A stretch of DNA of 64,000 bases from Dehalococcoidia bacterium (GCA_009692945.1 SHYD01000004.1:5910-69909); one strand, 5' to 3'; shown: positions 45,911 to 54,876, counted from the stretch's first letter. Made by a program: numbers and translations. The notes: generated by a model from the letters alone, not told the origin.

Positions 45911-47026
45911 TCAGCGGGCAGCCCGTGCGCCGACGAACTCCTGCATGCGCGACTCGATGCCCAGTTTCGCCAATTCACCGCGGAACAGGTCGTGGATGCG
46001 GGGGTCCTCATTCTCGTACTCCACCTGGAACCCACCATCCTCGACCGACTTGTCCATGCCCTCGTAGTTGCGGATCTTGCTCTCCAGCACCGGGTAGCGG
46101 ACGCCGCCGAAACCGAGCGCCAGGTAGCGGGAGGGCGTCGATGCCGTATTGAAGTGCTGGTGGAAGGTGGGGCCGTCGGGCGGCGCGTACAGCATCCCCG
46201 GCTTCCAATCGACCCGTTTGGCGCCCACGGGGTTCTGTCCCTTTTCCCACAGCAACGAGTAACCGTGCCCGCTGACGCAGAAGATGTGGGCGCCGGCGTT
46301 GTGGGCGTGGGCCTTCTTGTAGGTGCCCACGGGGAATTCGGAGATGTGAGCGTGCAGGGCGCTGTCGGCCAGGCAGAACTGGATGTTACGGCCGCCCGCC
46401 CCCCGTGCCTTCCATTCAGGAAGCTGGAAACTCACCAGGTCCGGCACAAAGGAGGTCTCCCAATTGTGGCGGCCCGGTCTGACCGCGCGGAACTCGCCCT
46501 CGCCTTTAAAGTAGCGCTCCTCGGCCAGGCGGTCCCGGAACAGGTAGTTGTTGTTGTAGATGAAATCGGTGTTGTGGAAGATGTTCAGGAGGATGGGCAG
46601 GTTGGTCAGCGCCGCGAAGCGGGCGGGCTCCGACCCGGACCCGTTGAAGTGCTGATGCCCGGCGTTCATCGGGATCCCGAACAGAGAGCCCGGCCCCCAC
46701 TCGAAGGTGTACTTGGCGCCGTCGGCCGCCTGAATCGAGGTGGCGCCGCGGCCCTTCAGCACGTAGATCAACTCGTCGTGCAAATGCTGTTCAGGATTGA
46801 GATGTCCGCCCGGAGCGATCTCCGCCAGGTAGCAACTCAGGTAGTCGCTGCGGCCCACCAGGTGCACGTAGGCGCCCTTGCCGCCGAGGCGGGGCCACGG
46901 CTTCAGTTCGGCATCGAGGCAGTCGATGATGTACCCCTCGATGACCGGAACCCCCTCGGTCTTCAGGAACTCGCTGTAGGCAAACCGCAGGTAATATGGA
47001 TTCTCAATCGCTAATTCGTCGCCCAT
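45911..47026 (-). CDS. Bicupin protein (gentisate-1,2-dioxygenase-like architecture)
   Basis: ATG 47026 follows GAGGAGGAG, inside ORF 45911..47107. N-barrel QHLHDELIYVLKGRG..NAGHQHFN; C-barrel KKAHAHNAGAHIFCVSGHG..PTFHQHFN. Confidence 0.75.
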   Translation of the reverse strand: MGDELAIENPYYLRFAYSEFLKTEGVPVIEGYIIDCLDAELKPWPRLGGKGAYVHLVGRSDYLSCYLAEIAPGGHLNPEQHLHDELIYVLKGRGATSIQAADGAKYTFEWGPGSLFGIPMNAGHQHFNGSGSEPARFAALTNLPILLNIFHNTDFIYNNNYLFRDRLAEERYFKGEGEFRAVRPGRHNWETSFVPDLVSFQLPEWKARGAGGRNIQFCLADSALHAHISEFPVGTYKKAHAHNAGAHIFCVSGHGYSLLWEKGQNPVGAKRVDWKPGMLYAPPDGPTFHQHFNTASTPSRYLALGFGGVRYPVLESKIRNYEGMDKSVEDGGFQVEYENEDPRIHDLFRGELAKLGIESRMQEFVGARAAR

Positions 47027-47066
47027 CACTCCTCCTCTTGCTGAACCGGAACGGCCGCCCGTTCCG

Positions 47067-48143
47067 CTACTTGGCCTGGAGCGCCTGCCATTTGACGCGC
47101 TCTTCATTGAACAACTGCCGTATTTTAGGGTCCTCCTCCTCGTATTCTATCTGGGAGCGTCCCGCGCCGAGGCGTTCGTCCGGCTGGAACAAGCGGGGCA
47201 TCCGGTATTTCTGGCTGCCCCACCGGAAGGCCAAATAGCGGGCCGGGTTGTCGCTGTAGTTGAAGTGCTGATGCCACCAGACATCCGGCGGGGAGAAGAA
47301 CGCGCCCGGCTGCCAGTCGACCCGCACCGCGGGGTCATCGTCGGGCCACATCAGACTGTAGCCCTCTCCCGCCAGGATCACGATGTGGGCGCCCCCGCCG
47401 TGCCGATGACCCTTTTTGTAGTCGCCCGGCTTGAAGTCGGACACGTGGGAGCCGAAGGTGTTGCCACTGATCTCGAAACTGGTGCTGGAGCCGCCACCGC
47501 CCCGTTCGGCCCAGAACTCGAGTTTCAGGTTGCGGGCATCGGGAATAAAGTTGGTTTCGAGGCTGCGCTTGCCGATCAGTTGCCCCTCGTCGGCAAAGAA
47601 CGCCGACTGGCCGTCGAAGCGGTCCCGAAACTCGAAGGGATTGCTGAACAGGAACTCCTCGTTGCGGAAGTACATCATCAGCAGCGGCATGGTGGAGACC
47701 GCAACCAGGCGGACCGGCGCATCGCCCTGCCCATTATGCATCTGATAGCCCGCATTCAACGGCACCGAGAACAAGCTGCCCGCCTGCCATTCAAAGGAGA
47801 TTTTCGGGCCGTCGCCCTGCCACACCGTGGTGGCGCCCCGCCCGGACAGGATGTAGTAGTCGATTTCGAACAGGTGCCGGAGCGGGTTCCAACTCTTCCC
47901 CGCCGGAATTTCCGCCACGAACGCACCGGTGGTCCGCTCGGACCCCACTAGATCGACGAGGGCGCCCGAGCCGCCGGTCCAGTCCCATTGCGCCAGCGAA
48001 ACCTTGTTGAGGTCGTCAATATGATGGCCGGTGAGAATCGGGATGCGCTGACGGTTCATCCACTCCTGATACGCGTCCACCCGCTTGATGGACGTATCAG
48101 TCAGCAGGCGTTGAGATGGGGTCATCTGGGCTTCTTGGGTCAT
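47067..48143 (-). CDS. Bicupin protein, paralogue with degenerate N-terminal metal motif
   Basis: GGAGG lies upstream. N-barrel RHLFEIDYYILSGRG..NAGYQMHN; C-barrel KKGHRHGGGAHIVILAGEG..VWWHQHFN. It is collinear with the downstream paralogue. Confidence 0.75.
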   Translation of the reverse strand: MTQEAQMTPSQRLLTDTSIKRVDAYQEWMNRQRIPILTGHHIDDLNKVSLAQWDWTGGSGALVDLVGSERTTGAFVAEIPAGKSWNPLRHLFEIDYYILSGRGATTVWQGDGPKISFEWQAGSLFSVPLNAGYQMHNGQGDAPVRLVAVSTMPLLMMYFRNEEFLFSNPFEFRDRFDGQSAFFADEGQLIGKRSLETNFIPDARNLKLEFWAERGGGGSSTSFEISGNTFGSHVSDFKPGDYKKGHRHGGGAHIVILAGEGYSLMWPDDDPAVRVDWQPGAFFSPPDVWWHQHFNYSDNPARYLAFRWGSQKYRMPRLFQPDERLGAGRSQIEYEEEDPKIRQLFNEERVKWQALQAK

Positions 48144-48262
48144 GCATCCTCCAGGTGTGGTTCGGAACGGTCGTTGCGGAGGGCGGCTCCCCCCGGGTGG
48201 CGGCCCAACGCGAAGCCTATTCTACTCCGCCCAGACCGCACCGGCCAACCGTTTGGACCGTG

Positions 48263-48335
48263 GTAAGAATTCACTGTTGAGGGGCGGCCGGGCTCAGGAG
48301 TGGGAGTGCACGAGGGCGGCAGTCCTCTGCCGGGG
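48263..48335 (+). repeat. Module A repeat, 3'-truncated copy
   Basis: GAATTCACTGTTGAGGGGCGGCCGGGCTCAGGAGTGGGAGTGCACGAGGGCGGCAGTCCTCTGCCGGGGGTGTGGTGCC. Confidence 0.65.
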
Positions 48336-48450
48336 GTGTGGTGCCAACAACCGGCTACCGTCTTCTTCCCGTCTGCGTGGTTCGGCGTCAATGGCGCCGC
48401 TCGCGCTGGCACACCCGCCCCCAAGGTTTCGGGCCGGCAACTCTGAACCG

Positions 48451-49362
48451 CTAGTGCTTCCCGGCGCCTCGTAGGCGTGGGTCCAGCAGGTCCCGGAGGG
48501 CATCGCCAAAGACGTTGCTGCCGAACACCGCTAGGGTGAGGACCAGTCCGGGCCACAGCATGGTCCATGGGGCATCGTGGAAGTGGCTCAGCGAGTCGCC
48601 GCTGAGCATCTGGCCCCAGGTGGGAAACGGCGGCGGCACGCCGAAGCCGAGGAAACTCAGCGTTGCTTCAGCGAGGATGATGCGGCCAAAATCGATGGAG
48701 GCGAGGATGATCACCGGCGCAAAGGTGTTGGGAACGATATGCCGGAGCATGATCCACGGCGTGGTGGCTCCCATGGCCTGGGCGGCCTCGATGAAAGGAG
48801 CACTCTTGATGGACATTACGGAACTTCGCACCACCCGTGATCCGCTGATGCCGCCGAGCGAGAGAATGAACACCACGGTGAACAGGCCGGGGCCAATGAT
48901 GGACGCCAACGCCAGCAGGATCAGGAGGGCAGGCAGCGCAATCCAGGTGTTGACGAGCAGCTGCTGGATAAGCGCATCCACCCGTCCACCCAGCCATCCG
49001 GACAGAACACCCAACGTGGTGGCGATGGTGACGGAGATGACCACGGTGGTGAGGGCCACGTAGATCGACACCCTGCCTCCGAAGATGATCCGGCTCAGCA
49101 GGTCCCGTCCGAGGAAGTCGGTGCCCAAGAGGTGATCCGCGTTGGGCTCGGTCAGGATGTCGGCGAGGTTGATCGTGTCGTAGGGGTAGGGCGCGAGGAG
49201 GTCGGCCAGCAATGCCATGGCGAGCATCGCCACGACAATGGCGGCGCCGAACGCTCCCAGCGGCTTCTCGCGGACCAGCCGCCGAAGGAATCCCAGGAAC
49301 CTGCCCCGTCCCGTGGCCCAGGTCCGGAGCGGCGCCGCCTCCCAAGCGATTTCGTGTGCCAT
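48451..49362 (-). CDS. Peptide/nickel-type ABC permease (DppC/OppC-like)
   Basis: ORF 48451..49416 trimmed to ATG 49362. ADHLLGTDFLGRDLLSRII, and the EAA-like loop SAPFIEAAQAMGATTPWIMLRHI. Confidence 0.85.
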   Translation of the reverse strand: MAHEIAWEAAPLRTWATGRGRFLGFLRRLVREKPLGAFGAAIVVAMLAMALLADLLAPYPYDTINLADILTEPNADHLLGTDFLGRDLLSRIIFGGRVSIYVALTTVVISVTIATTLGVLSGWLGGRVDALIQQLLVNTWIALPALLILLALASIIGPGLFTVVFILSLGGISGSRVVRSSVMSIKSAPFIEAAQAMGATTPWIMLRHIVPNTFAPVIILASIDFGRIILAEATLSFLGFGVPPPFPTWGQMLSGDSLSHFHDAPWTMLWPGLVLTLAVFGSNVFGDALRDLLDPRLRGAGKH

Positions 49363-49390
49363 CACTATCCCCCAGGCCGCACAGATAGCC

Positions 49391-50341
49391 TCAACTGTAC
49401 CGGACCCGAGGGTCAAGCCAGCGGTAGCTCAGGTCCACCAGCAGGTTGCCCCCTATCACCACCAGTGCGTAGAGGAAGATCACCGACTGCACGGTGGGGT
49501 AGTCCCGGAACCCCAGTGCTCTAAGCGTGTAGCTGCCGATCCCAGGGAGGTCGAAAATCCGTTCGATCACCACCGTCCCCCCCAGCATCGTCATAAATTC
49601 GAGGCCAAGCAGGGTCACCACCGGAATCAACGAGTTCTTGAGGGCGTGGCGGGTGACCACCACTCGCTCCTTCAGTCCTTTGGCCCAGGCGGTCCGGATA
49701 TAGTCTTGCCGCAGCACCTCCAACAACGTGCCCCGCATCATCCGGGCAATCCTTGCGATGTATTGGAGCGCCAGGATGCTGGCGGGCAACAGCAAGATCC
49801 TAAGGTTGGCCAAGGGGTCGTCGAAGAATGCCACGTAATCATAGCGCGGCAGCACACCCAGATAGACCGAGGCAAAGGTGACGACCATGACACCGATCCA
49901 GAAGCCCGGGAGCGAGAGTCCCAGTACCGCCAAAGACCGCAACACATAATCGATGGCCGTCTCCTGCCGTAGTGCCGCAATCACTCCGATGGGGATCCCG
50001 ATCAAGATCACCAGGACCAGCGCGAACAGCGCCAGTCCAATGGTCACCGGCCAACGCCAGAAGATCTCATCTGCAATGGGCGTCCTCGACAGAATGGAGA
50101 TCCCCAAATCGCCCCGGATCAGCCCTCCCAGCCAGGCCAGGTACCCTTCAGGGCCGGACTTGTGCAGCCCCAGGATCTCTGCGATCCGTTCCGGGTCGGC
50201 GTTGGCGGCGCCCCCCATCTCTCCCATCAGGACGGTGATGGTATCGCCCGGAAGAAAGCGGTGCATCGCATACACCAGCACCGACACGATGAACACCGTG
50301 GGGATCATTTCCAGCAATCGCCGGCCGATGTATTGTTGCAT
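49391..50341 (-). CDS. Peptide/nickel-type ABC permease (DppB/OppB-like)
   Basis: MQQYIGRRLLEMIPTVFIVSVLVY.., QDYIRTAWAKGLKERVVVTRHALKN. Confidence 0.9.
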   Translation of the reverse strand: MQQYIGRRLLEMIPTVFIVSVLVYAMHRFLPGDTITVLMGEMGGAANADPERIAEILGLHKSGPEGYLAWLGGLIRGDLGISILSRTPIADEIFWRWPVTIGLALFALVLVILIGIPIGVIAALRQETAIDYVLRSLAVLGLSLPGFWIGVMVVTFASVYLGVLPRYDYVAFFDDPLANLRILLLPASILALQYIARIARMMRGTLLEVLRQDYIRTAWAKGLKERVVVTRHALKNSLIPVVTLLGLEFMTMLGGTVVIERIFDLPGIGSYTLRALGFRDYPTVQSVIFLYALVVIGGNLLVDLSYRWLDPRVRYS

Positions 50342-50391
50342 CTACCCCCCGTTAATGAACCGCGTGGGCGCCCGCGGCCCGACGGCCGGTA

Positions 50392-52077
50392 TCAGTTGCC
50401 CTTCAGCCAGATGTCCTGCAACATCAGGCCCGTTTGCTCCCGGAAGGTGATCTCGTTGAAGCTGAACTTCCCCTTAACCCTGCCCTGCAGCGCGTTGAAG
50501 TTGAAAAACGACGGGGTTGTGCTCACGTACGCTTGATCGATAATCCGCAACTGCGCCTGCTTCGTCAACTCCAGCCGTTTGGCATCGTCTACCGTCTTCA
50601 GGAGTTGATCGACGATCTTATCGTATTCGGGATCGGCGATGTGGCCGCGGTTGTCGGAGAAGTTCTGGCCGCTGCGCAGGTTGCTCAGCGGGTTGGTGTC
50701 GAGGGGCTCGAGGTACGCCATCTTGCTGGCGCTGAGCTTGTCGTAGATGCCAACGGTGTGGGTGGACTGATGCTCAGCCTGCTCCACCACTTTCAGCGAG
50801 ACATTGAACCCGCCGGTTTTCATCATGACCGGCAGCACCTGGAGTATCTCGTTGTAGGGCGAGCCATACGCCAGCGTCCCTTCCAAGGCCACCGAGAGCC
50901 CGTTGGGATAGCCCGCCTCGGCCAGCAGCTTCTTGGCCTCGGTGGGGTTGTATTCCACCCACTTCCGGATGTTCGCCGGGAGATCGGCGGGTTTCAGGGC
51001 GCCCTTTACGTAGAACGGGGACAAGGCAGACACGTTGCCCTCACCCTTCAGGATGCCCTTCACAATCGCCTCGCGGTCGATGGACATCGACAGCGCGCGG
51101 CGCACGTTGACGTTGTTGAAGGGCTCTTTGTCGTTGCGCATGTAAATGCCAAAGGGCGACGACGCTTCACATTTGATCCACTGGAGGTTGGGATTCGCCT
51201 GGGAGAAATTGGCCTTCTCCGAGGCCGTCACCTCGTCAAGCAGGTCGAGTTGCCCGGTGCGGAGCGCTGCGGCGCGGGTCGCATCGTCCCGCATGATCGA
51301 GATCTCCACGCCGTCCAGGTAGGGCTTGCCCGGTTTCCAATAGTCGGGGTTCTTCTCGTAAATCGCCTTCACGCCCGGCGTGTAGCTCTTCAGGATGAAC
51401 GGCCCGGTGCCGATGAGGGTCTCGGGCTTCGAGAAGTCTCCCGAGGCGCCGCCCGCCTCTTTCGGAATGATGACGGCGCTGCGGTAGCTGAGGAATTCGT
51501 ACCCGATGGTGGGCATGGCCTCCCGGAGCTTGATGACCACCGTGTTCTTGTCGGTAGCCTCCATGGAGGTGATGGCCTTCACCATGTTCTTCAATTCGCC
51601 CCGGTCGAACATGCGCTTATAGCTCCACACCACATCCTCGGCGGTGAGCTCACGCCCGTTCACCGGCGGCCGGTTCTGGAACTTCACGCCCTTGCGGATG
51701 TCGAGCTGGAGGGTGGTGTCGTTGGTGAAGCGCCACTTCTCGGCGAGGGAGGGCACCAGGAACTGCTGGCAGTACTCCGTCTCGTTGGCGGCCACCACCG
51801 CGTATTCGTCCACCAACCCGTGCAGGCGGCGGGCATCGCGCCGGCCACCCGGGATGTGGGGCTCAAAGCCGCCCTGAGGGTCGTCCCGGTTGTAGTACTT
51901 GAAGATCCCACCGGGCTGCGGCTTCTCGTCGCTGACCGCGGGGGCAGTCAACGGCGCGGCCGGGCTGCCGCCGGCCGCCGGCTGGTTGGCCCTGCCGCAG
52001 CCCATCGCGGCCAGCGCCGTCAGCGCCGCCGCAGCCCACCACCAACGCGCCTTCGTGGCCAATTTCAGTTGATTCAT
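50392..52077 (-). CDS. Family-5 (peptide/nickel) solute-binding lipoprotein
   Basis: ATG 52077 follows GAAGGAGA, inside ORF 50392..52092. Lipobox LAAMGC. The long periplasmic-binding-protein body has typical family-5 length. Confidence 0.85.
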   Translation of the reverse strand: MNQLKLATKARWWWAAAALTALAAMGCGRANQPAAGGSPAAPLTAPAVSDEKPQPGGIFKYYNRDDPQGGFEPHIPGGRRDARRLHGLVDEYAVVAANETEYCQQFLVPSLAEKWRFTNDTTLQLDIRKGVKFQNRPPVNGRELTAEDVVWSYKRMFDRGELKNMVKAITSMEATDKNTVVIKLREAMPTIGYEFLSYRSAVIIPKEAGGASGDFSKPETLIGTGPFILKSYTPGVKAIYEKNPDYWKPGKPYLDGVEISIMRDDATRAAALRTGQLDLLDEVTASEKANFSQANPNLQWIKCEASSPFGIYMRNDKEPFNNVNVRRALSMSIDREAIVKGILKGEGNVSALSPFYVKGALKPADLPANIRKWVEYNPTEAKKLLAEAGYPNGLSVALEGTLAYGSPYNEILQVLPVMMKTGGFNVSLKVVEQAEHQSTHTVGIYDKLSASKMAYLEPLDTNPLSNLRSGQNFSDNRGHIADPEYDKIVDQLLKTVDDAKRLELTKQAQLRIIDQAYVSTTPSFFNFNALQGRVKGKFSFNEITFREQTGLMLQDIWLKGN

Positions 52078-52190
52078 GGTCTCCTTCTGCACGGCGGCGA
52101 AGCCGCCTGGGCCCGCACCGTCACCAACAGATTAGGGCATTCTATCCAGGATTGGGGACGCCCGTCAATTCGCGTGGGGGATCCGAATTC

Positions 52191-52220
52191 TTATTCACGG
52201 ATTTACACGGATTCACGAGG
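52191..52220 (-). repeat. Phased AATCYGYG decamer cluster
   Basis: The reverse complement reads GAATCCGTG TAAATCCGTG AATAA. Confidence 0.5.
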
Positions 52221-52344
52221 GGTTGAGGTTCGGAGTAGGGGCACGTTGCAACGTGCCCTTCTTGTCTGGGGTCGGAGCCACGCCCGCACCACCCACCGGG
52301 CGGGTTTGAAACCCGCTCCTACGTTATCTCCGCAGCTAATCCTT

Positions 52345-52367
52345 GGAATCCGTGGGAATCTGTGGAC
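52345..52367 (+). repeat. Phased AATCYGYG decamer cluster
   Basis: GGAATCCGTG GGAATCTGTGGAC. Confidence 0.5.
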
Positions 52368-52378
52368 CCCCCTCCCAC

Positions 52379-53078
52379 TCAGTAGTTCAGGAAGAGCCGC
52401 AGCAGCCGGTTCACCATACTGTCGATGAGGCCGGTGCGCACCGGCGCCACCTCGACCGGCCCGGTGGGCGCGCCGGCGGACGGCGCCAGCGACGGAGCCG
52501 GCGTGACCGGACGCCCGGCGGCGCGCGGTTCGAAGGTCGCCCCGCTGGCGTGCGTGGTATCGCCTCCGGCGGCTGGGATCGCCGGCTGGCCAGCGGCGGC
52601 CGCGTTGGGTTTCGTGATCCGGAACAGCACCGTGTACATCTTCTTATCGCCCTGCTGCGCCGCCCCCGCACCGATGCGATCCCAGCGTTGGTCCAACAGG
52701 TTCTTGCGATGGCTGGGGCTGTTCATGAAGTCTTCGCTGGCCGTCGGCGGCGTTGTTCCAGGCGATGTTCTCGCCCGCCGCCAGGAAGATGACGCCGAGG
52801 CTCTCGAGCTGGTCCACCACCGTGTTCCCGGCCGGCGGGATCTGGTGGGCGAAGTAGTTGCGGTCCAGCATGTCCTCGCTGCGGGCCACCGCCACCACCG
52901 CCAGCTGCCCGTCCCGCAGCAGCGCGTTCAGCCCGTTGGTGGTGCGGCTCAGGTTGCTGAGCGCCACCAGTTCTGGCGCCGCGGCGCGCGGTTCGATGGC
53001 GAGGGTGGCGGGGGCGTCCCGCCCGCCCACCACCAGCAGCACCGCCGCGAGGGCGAGGGCCACCGGAAGGTGATCCAC
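52379..53078 (-). pseudogene. Secreted CAP/SCP (YkwD-like) domain protein with a 1-nt frame break
   Basis: ORF 52644..53270 (trimmed to GTG 53078: VDHLPVALALAAVLLVVGG.., MLDRNYFAHQ, GENIAWNN) and ORF 52379..52726 (FMNSPSHRKNLLDQRWDRIGAG..) are in different frames. The junction lies near 52735-52745. Confidence 0.7.
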
Positions 53079-53155
53079 AGATTTGCACAGATTCCCAGCG
53101 ATTACGGAGGGTTTCAGAGGGGTATCCGCAGATGGATATCGATTTCCGAAGATTC
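53071..53155 (-). repeat. Phased AATCYGYG decamer cluster (extended)
   Basis: The reverse complement reads GAATCTTCG GAAATCGAT ATCCATCTGCGG ... GTAATCGCTG GGAATCTGTG CAAATCTGTGGATCA. Confidence 0.5.
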
Positions 53156-53192
53156 TTGAAAGAAGCCTCACAGGACACCCCAACGCGTCGGC

Positions 53193-53224
53193 AACTTCGA
53201 ACTTCGAACTTCGAACTTCGAACT
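53193..53224. repeat. Heptamer tandem repeat (AACTTCG) x 4.6
   Basis: AACTTCG AACTTCG AACTTCG AACTTCG AACT. Each junction creates the palindrome TTCGAA. Confidence 0.9.
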
Positions 53225-53231
53225 GATAATA

Positions 53232-53270
53232 ATGGGCTGCGCCCCGCTTGACCAGCGGGGCGCAGCCCAT
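53232..53270 (-). terminator. Rho-independent terminator downstream of the cNMP-binding gene
   Basis: 16-bp perfect stem ATGGGCTGCGCCCCGC / GCGGGGCGCAGCCCAT with a 7-nt loop. It is followed on the minus strand by TTATTATC and on the plus strand by ACTTTTC. Confidence 0.65.
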
Positions 53271-53277
53271 ACTTTTC

Positions 53278-53313
53278 GGAATCTGCGTTCATCTGCGTTA
53301 TCTGCAGATGATC
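53278..53313 (+). repeat. Phased AATCYGYG decamer cluster
   Basis: GGAATCTGCG TTCATCTGCG TTATCTGCAG ATGATC. Confidence 0.55.
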
Positions 53314-53324
53314 TCTCCCACGGA

Positions 53325-53795
53325 TCACTCCGGTCCCTTCACCGGCGGCGCCCAACGTCCCGTCAGCGCCTGCGCGAGCAGCTCGTCGGTATCCCGGATG
53401 CGGCGGCTCATGATGTGGAGGAGCGCCGTGGCCACGTCGACCGATTCGGCCATCGCCTGGGCCAGTTGAGCAGCGGCCAACTCCACTGCCGTGACGTTCA
53501 CCTCGGCGGTCACGGTGGCCGAGCGGGGTTCGCCGTCCAGCAGCCCCATCTCGCCGACCACCTCACCCCGCCCCAGTACGCTCAGGAGCACCGGGCCGGT
53601 GAGGTCCCGATGCGAACGCTCCACCCGCACCGCACCCTTGACAATGACAAACATCACCCGTGCCGCGTCGCCCTGCTTCATCAGGACCCGCCCGGCCCGG
53701 AACCGCCTCGTGCGGCCCAGCGAGGCCAGCCGGCCGATCGCGGTCAAGGGCAGCCCTTGGAACAGCGCGGTGCGCCGCAGTGCGGCAATGGTCAA
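53325..53795 (-). CDS. Stand-alone cyclic-nucleotide-binding domain protein (no DNA-binding domain)
   Basis: TTG start follows GAGGGGGA. LFQGLP.., GDAARVMFVIVKGAVRV, GEMGLLDGEPRSATVTA. At 156 aa it is too short for a Crp/Fnr HTH. Confidence 0.8.
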   Translation of the reverse strand: MTIAALRRTALFQGLPLTAIGRLASLGRTRRFRAGRVLMKQGDAARVMFVIVKGAVRVERSHRDLTGPVLLSVLGRGEVVGEMGLLDGEPRSATVTAEVNVTAVELAAAQLAQAMAESVDVATALLHIMSRRIRDTDELLAQALTGRWAPPVKGPE

Positions 53796-54044
53796 GTGAT
53801 TCCCCCTCGGCTCGAATCCAGCGATTGGATTCTACCCGGTTGCGCGGTTACAAGTCAGTAACAATCGGGCCAATAAACCGTACAATTTCGTTACAGTTTG
53901 GGGAACGCGCCCTCGGCCCCCGCTCCGCGGCGGCTGATGAGGGCGGTGGTTGCTTCCCACCCGCCCCCTACACTCACCGTTGTTCGAGCGACGGAAAGGT
54001 CCCCAAACGCCGGCCTCGAGCTTTGAACTTCGACCCTTCCCTCC

Positions 54045-54080
54045 CAAATCTGCGGAAATCTGTGCCCATCTGTGGATAAC
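54045..54080 (+). repeat. Phased AATCYGYG decamer cluster
   Basis: CAAATCTGCG GAAATCTGTG CCCATCTGTGGATAAC. Confidence 0.55.
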
Positions 54081-54102
54081 TTCGGGTTCGGATCCCGGCC
54101 AC

Positions 54103-54876
54103 TCACCCCACTAGTTCGATACCCAGCGGGCAGTGGTCGGACCCCTCGACTTCCGGCAGGATGAAGGCGCGTGCCAGTGAGGGGAGCAGGTCGGGACTGA
54201 TGTAGAAGTAGTCGATGCGCCAGCCAACGTTGCGCGCTCGGGCCCGCGACTTCATATCCCAGTAGGTGTAGTTGCCGCCATCTTTGTTGAAGACGCGGAA
54301 GCTGTCCACGTAGCCTCGCGCCTCCAGCTTGTCCATCCAAGCTCGCTCCACGGGGAGGAAACCGGAGGTCTTCTCGTTCTCCTTGGGTCGGGCGAGATCG
54401 ATCTCGGTATGGGCGGTGTTGTAGTCGCCGCAGCAGATCAGCCGCTGCCCCTGAGCCCGCAGCCCCTCCATGAAATCGAGGAAGCGGTCGTAGAAGTCGA
54501 GCTTATATAGAAGCCGGTCCGCCCCCGACTGACCGTTGGGAAAATAGACGTTGAGCAGGGTAAACGTGGGGTATTCGGCGAGGATCACCCGCCCCTCGCT
54601 GTCGAAGCGCTCGACGCCGATCCCCATTCGAACGCTGATGGGCGGCTGCTTCGTGAGGACCGCCACCCCGCTGTATCCCTTACGCTCGCCCCAATTCCAG
54701 TACGCGTGGTAGTCGAGCGGCTGCAACAACGCCGGATCGAGTTGGTCCTCCTGCGCCTTGATCTCCTGCAGCCCCAGCACGTCCGGCGATTCCGCCGCCA
54801 GCCAATCGAGCAGTCCCTTGCGGTGAACGGCCCGCACTCCGTTGACGTTCCAACTGATGAGTTTCATGGGTCGCAT
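54103..54876 (-). CDS. xth: Exodeoxyribonuclease III
   Basis: ATG 54876 lies 6 nt after GGAGGGG. MKLISWNVNGVRA, LGLQEIK, WRIDYFYIS, GSDHCPL. Confidence 0.9.
   Translation of the reverse strand: MRPMKLISWNVNGVRAVHRKGLLDWLAAESPDVLGLQEIKAQEDQLDPALLQPLDYHAYWNWGERKGYSGVAVLTKQPPISVRMGIGVERFDSEGRVILAEYPTFTLLNVYFPNGQSGADRLLYKLDFYDRFLDFMEGLRAQGQRLICCGDYNTAHTEIDLARPKENEKTSGFLPVERAWMDKLEARGYVDSFRVFNKDGGNYTYWDMKSRARARNVGWRIDYFYISPDLLPSLARAFILPEVEGSDHCPLGIELVG

Noticed and set aside
54071-54079. Perfect DnaA box (TGTGGATAA = TTATCCACA) and an 8/9 match at 53071-53079, suggesting oriC or a DnaA-titration site.
   Set aside because: One perfect 9-mer is close to chance expectation in 128 kb of two-strand sequence. 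There is no dnaA/dnaN, no AT-rich unwinding element, and the boxes are simply the terminal units of the phased AATCYGYG decamers.
54854-54861. CTGATGAG hammerhead-ribozyme core.
   Set aside because: It lies inside the xth coding region, and there is no downstream GAAA or compatible stems I-III.
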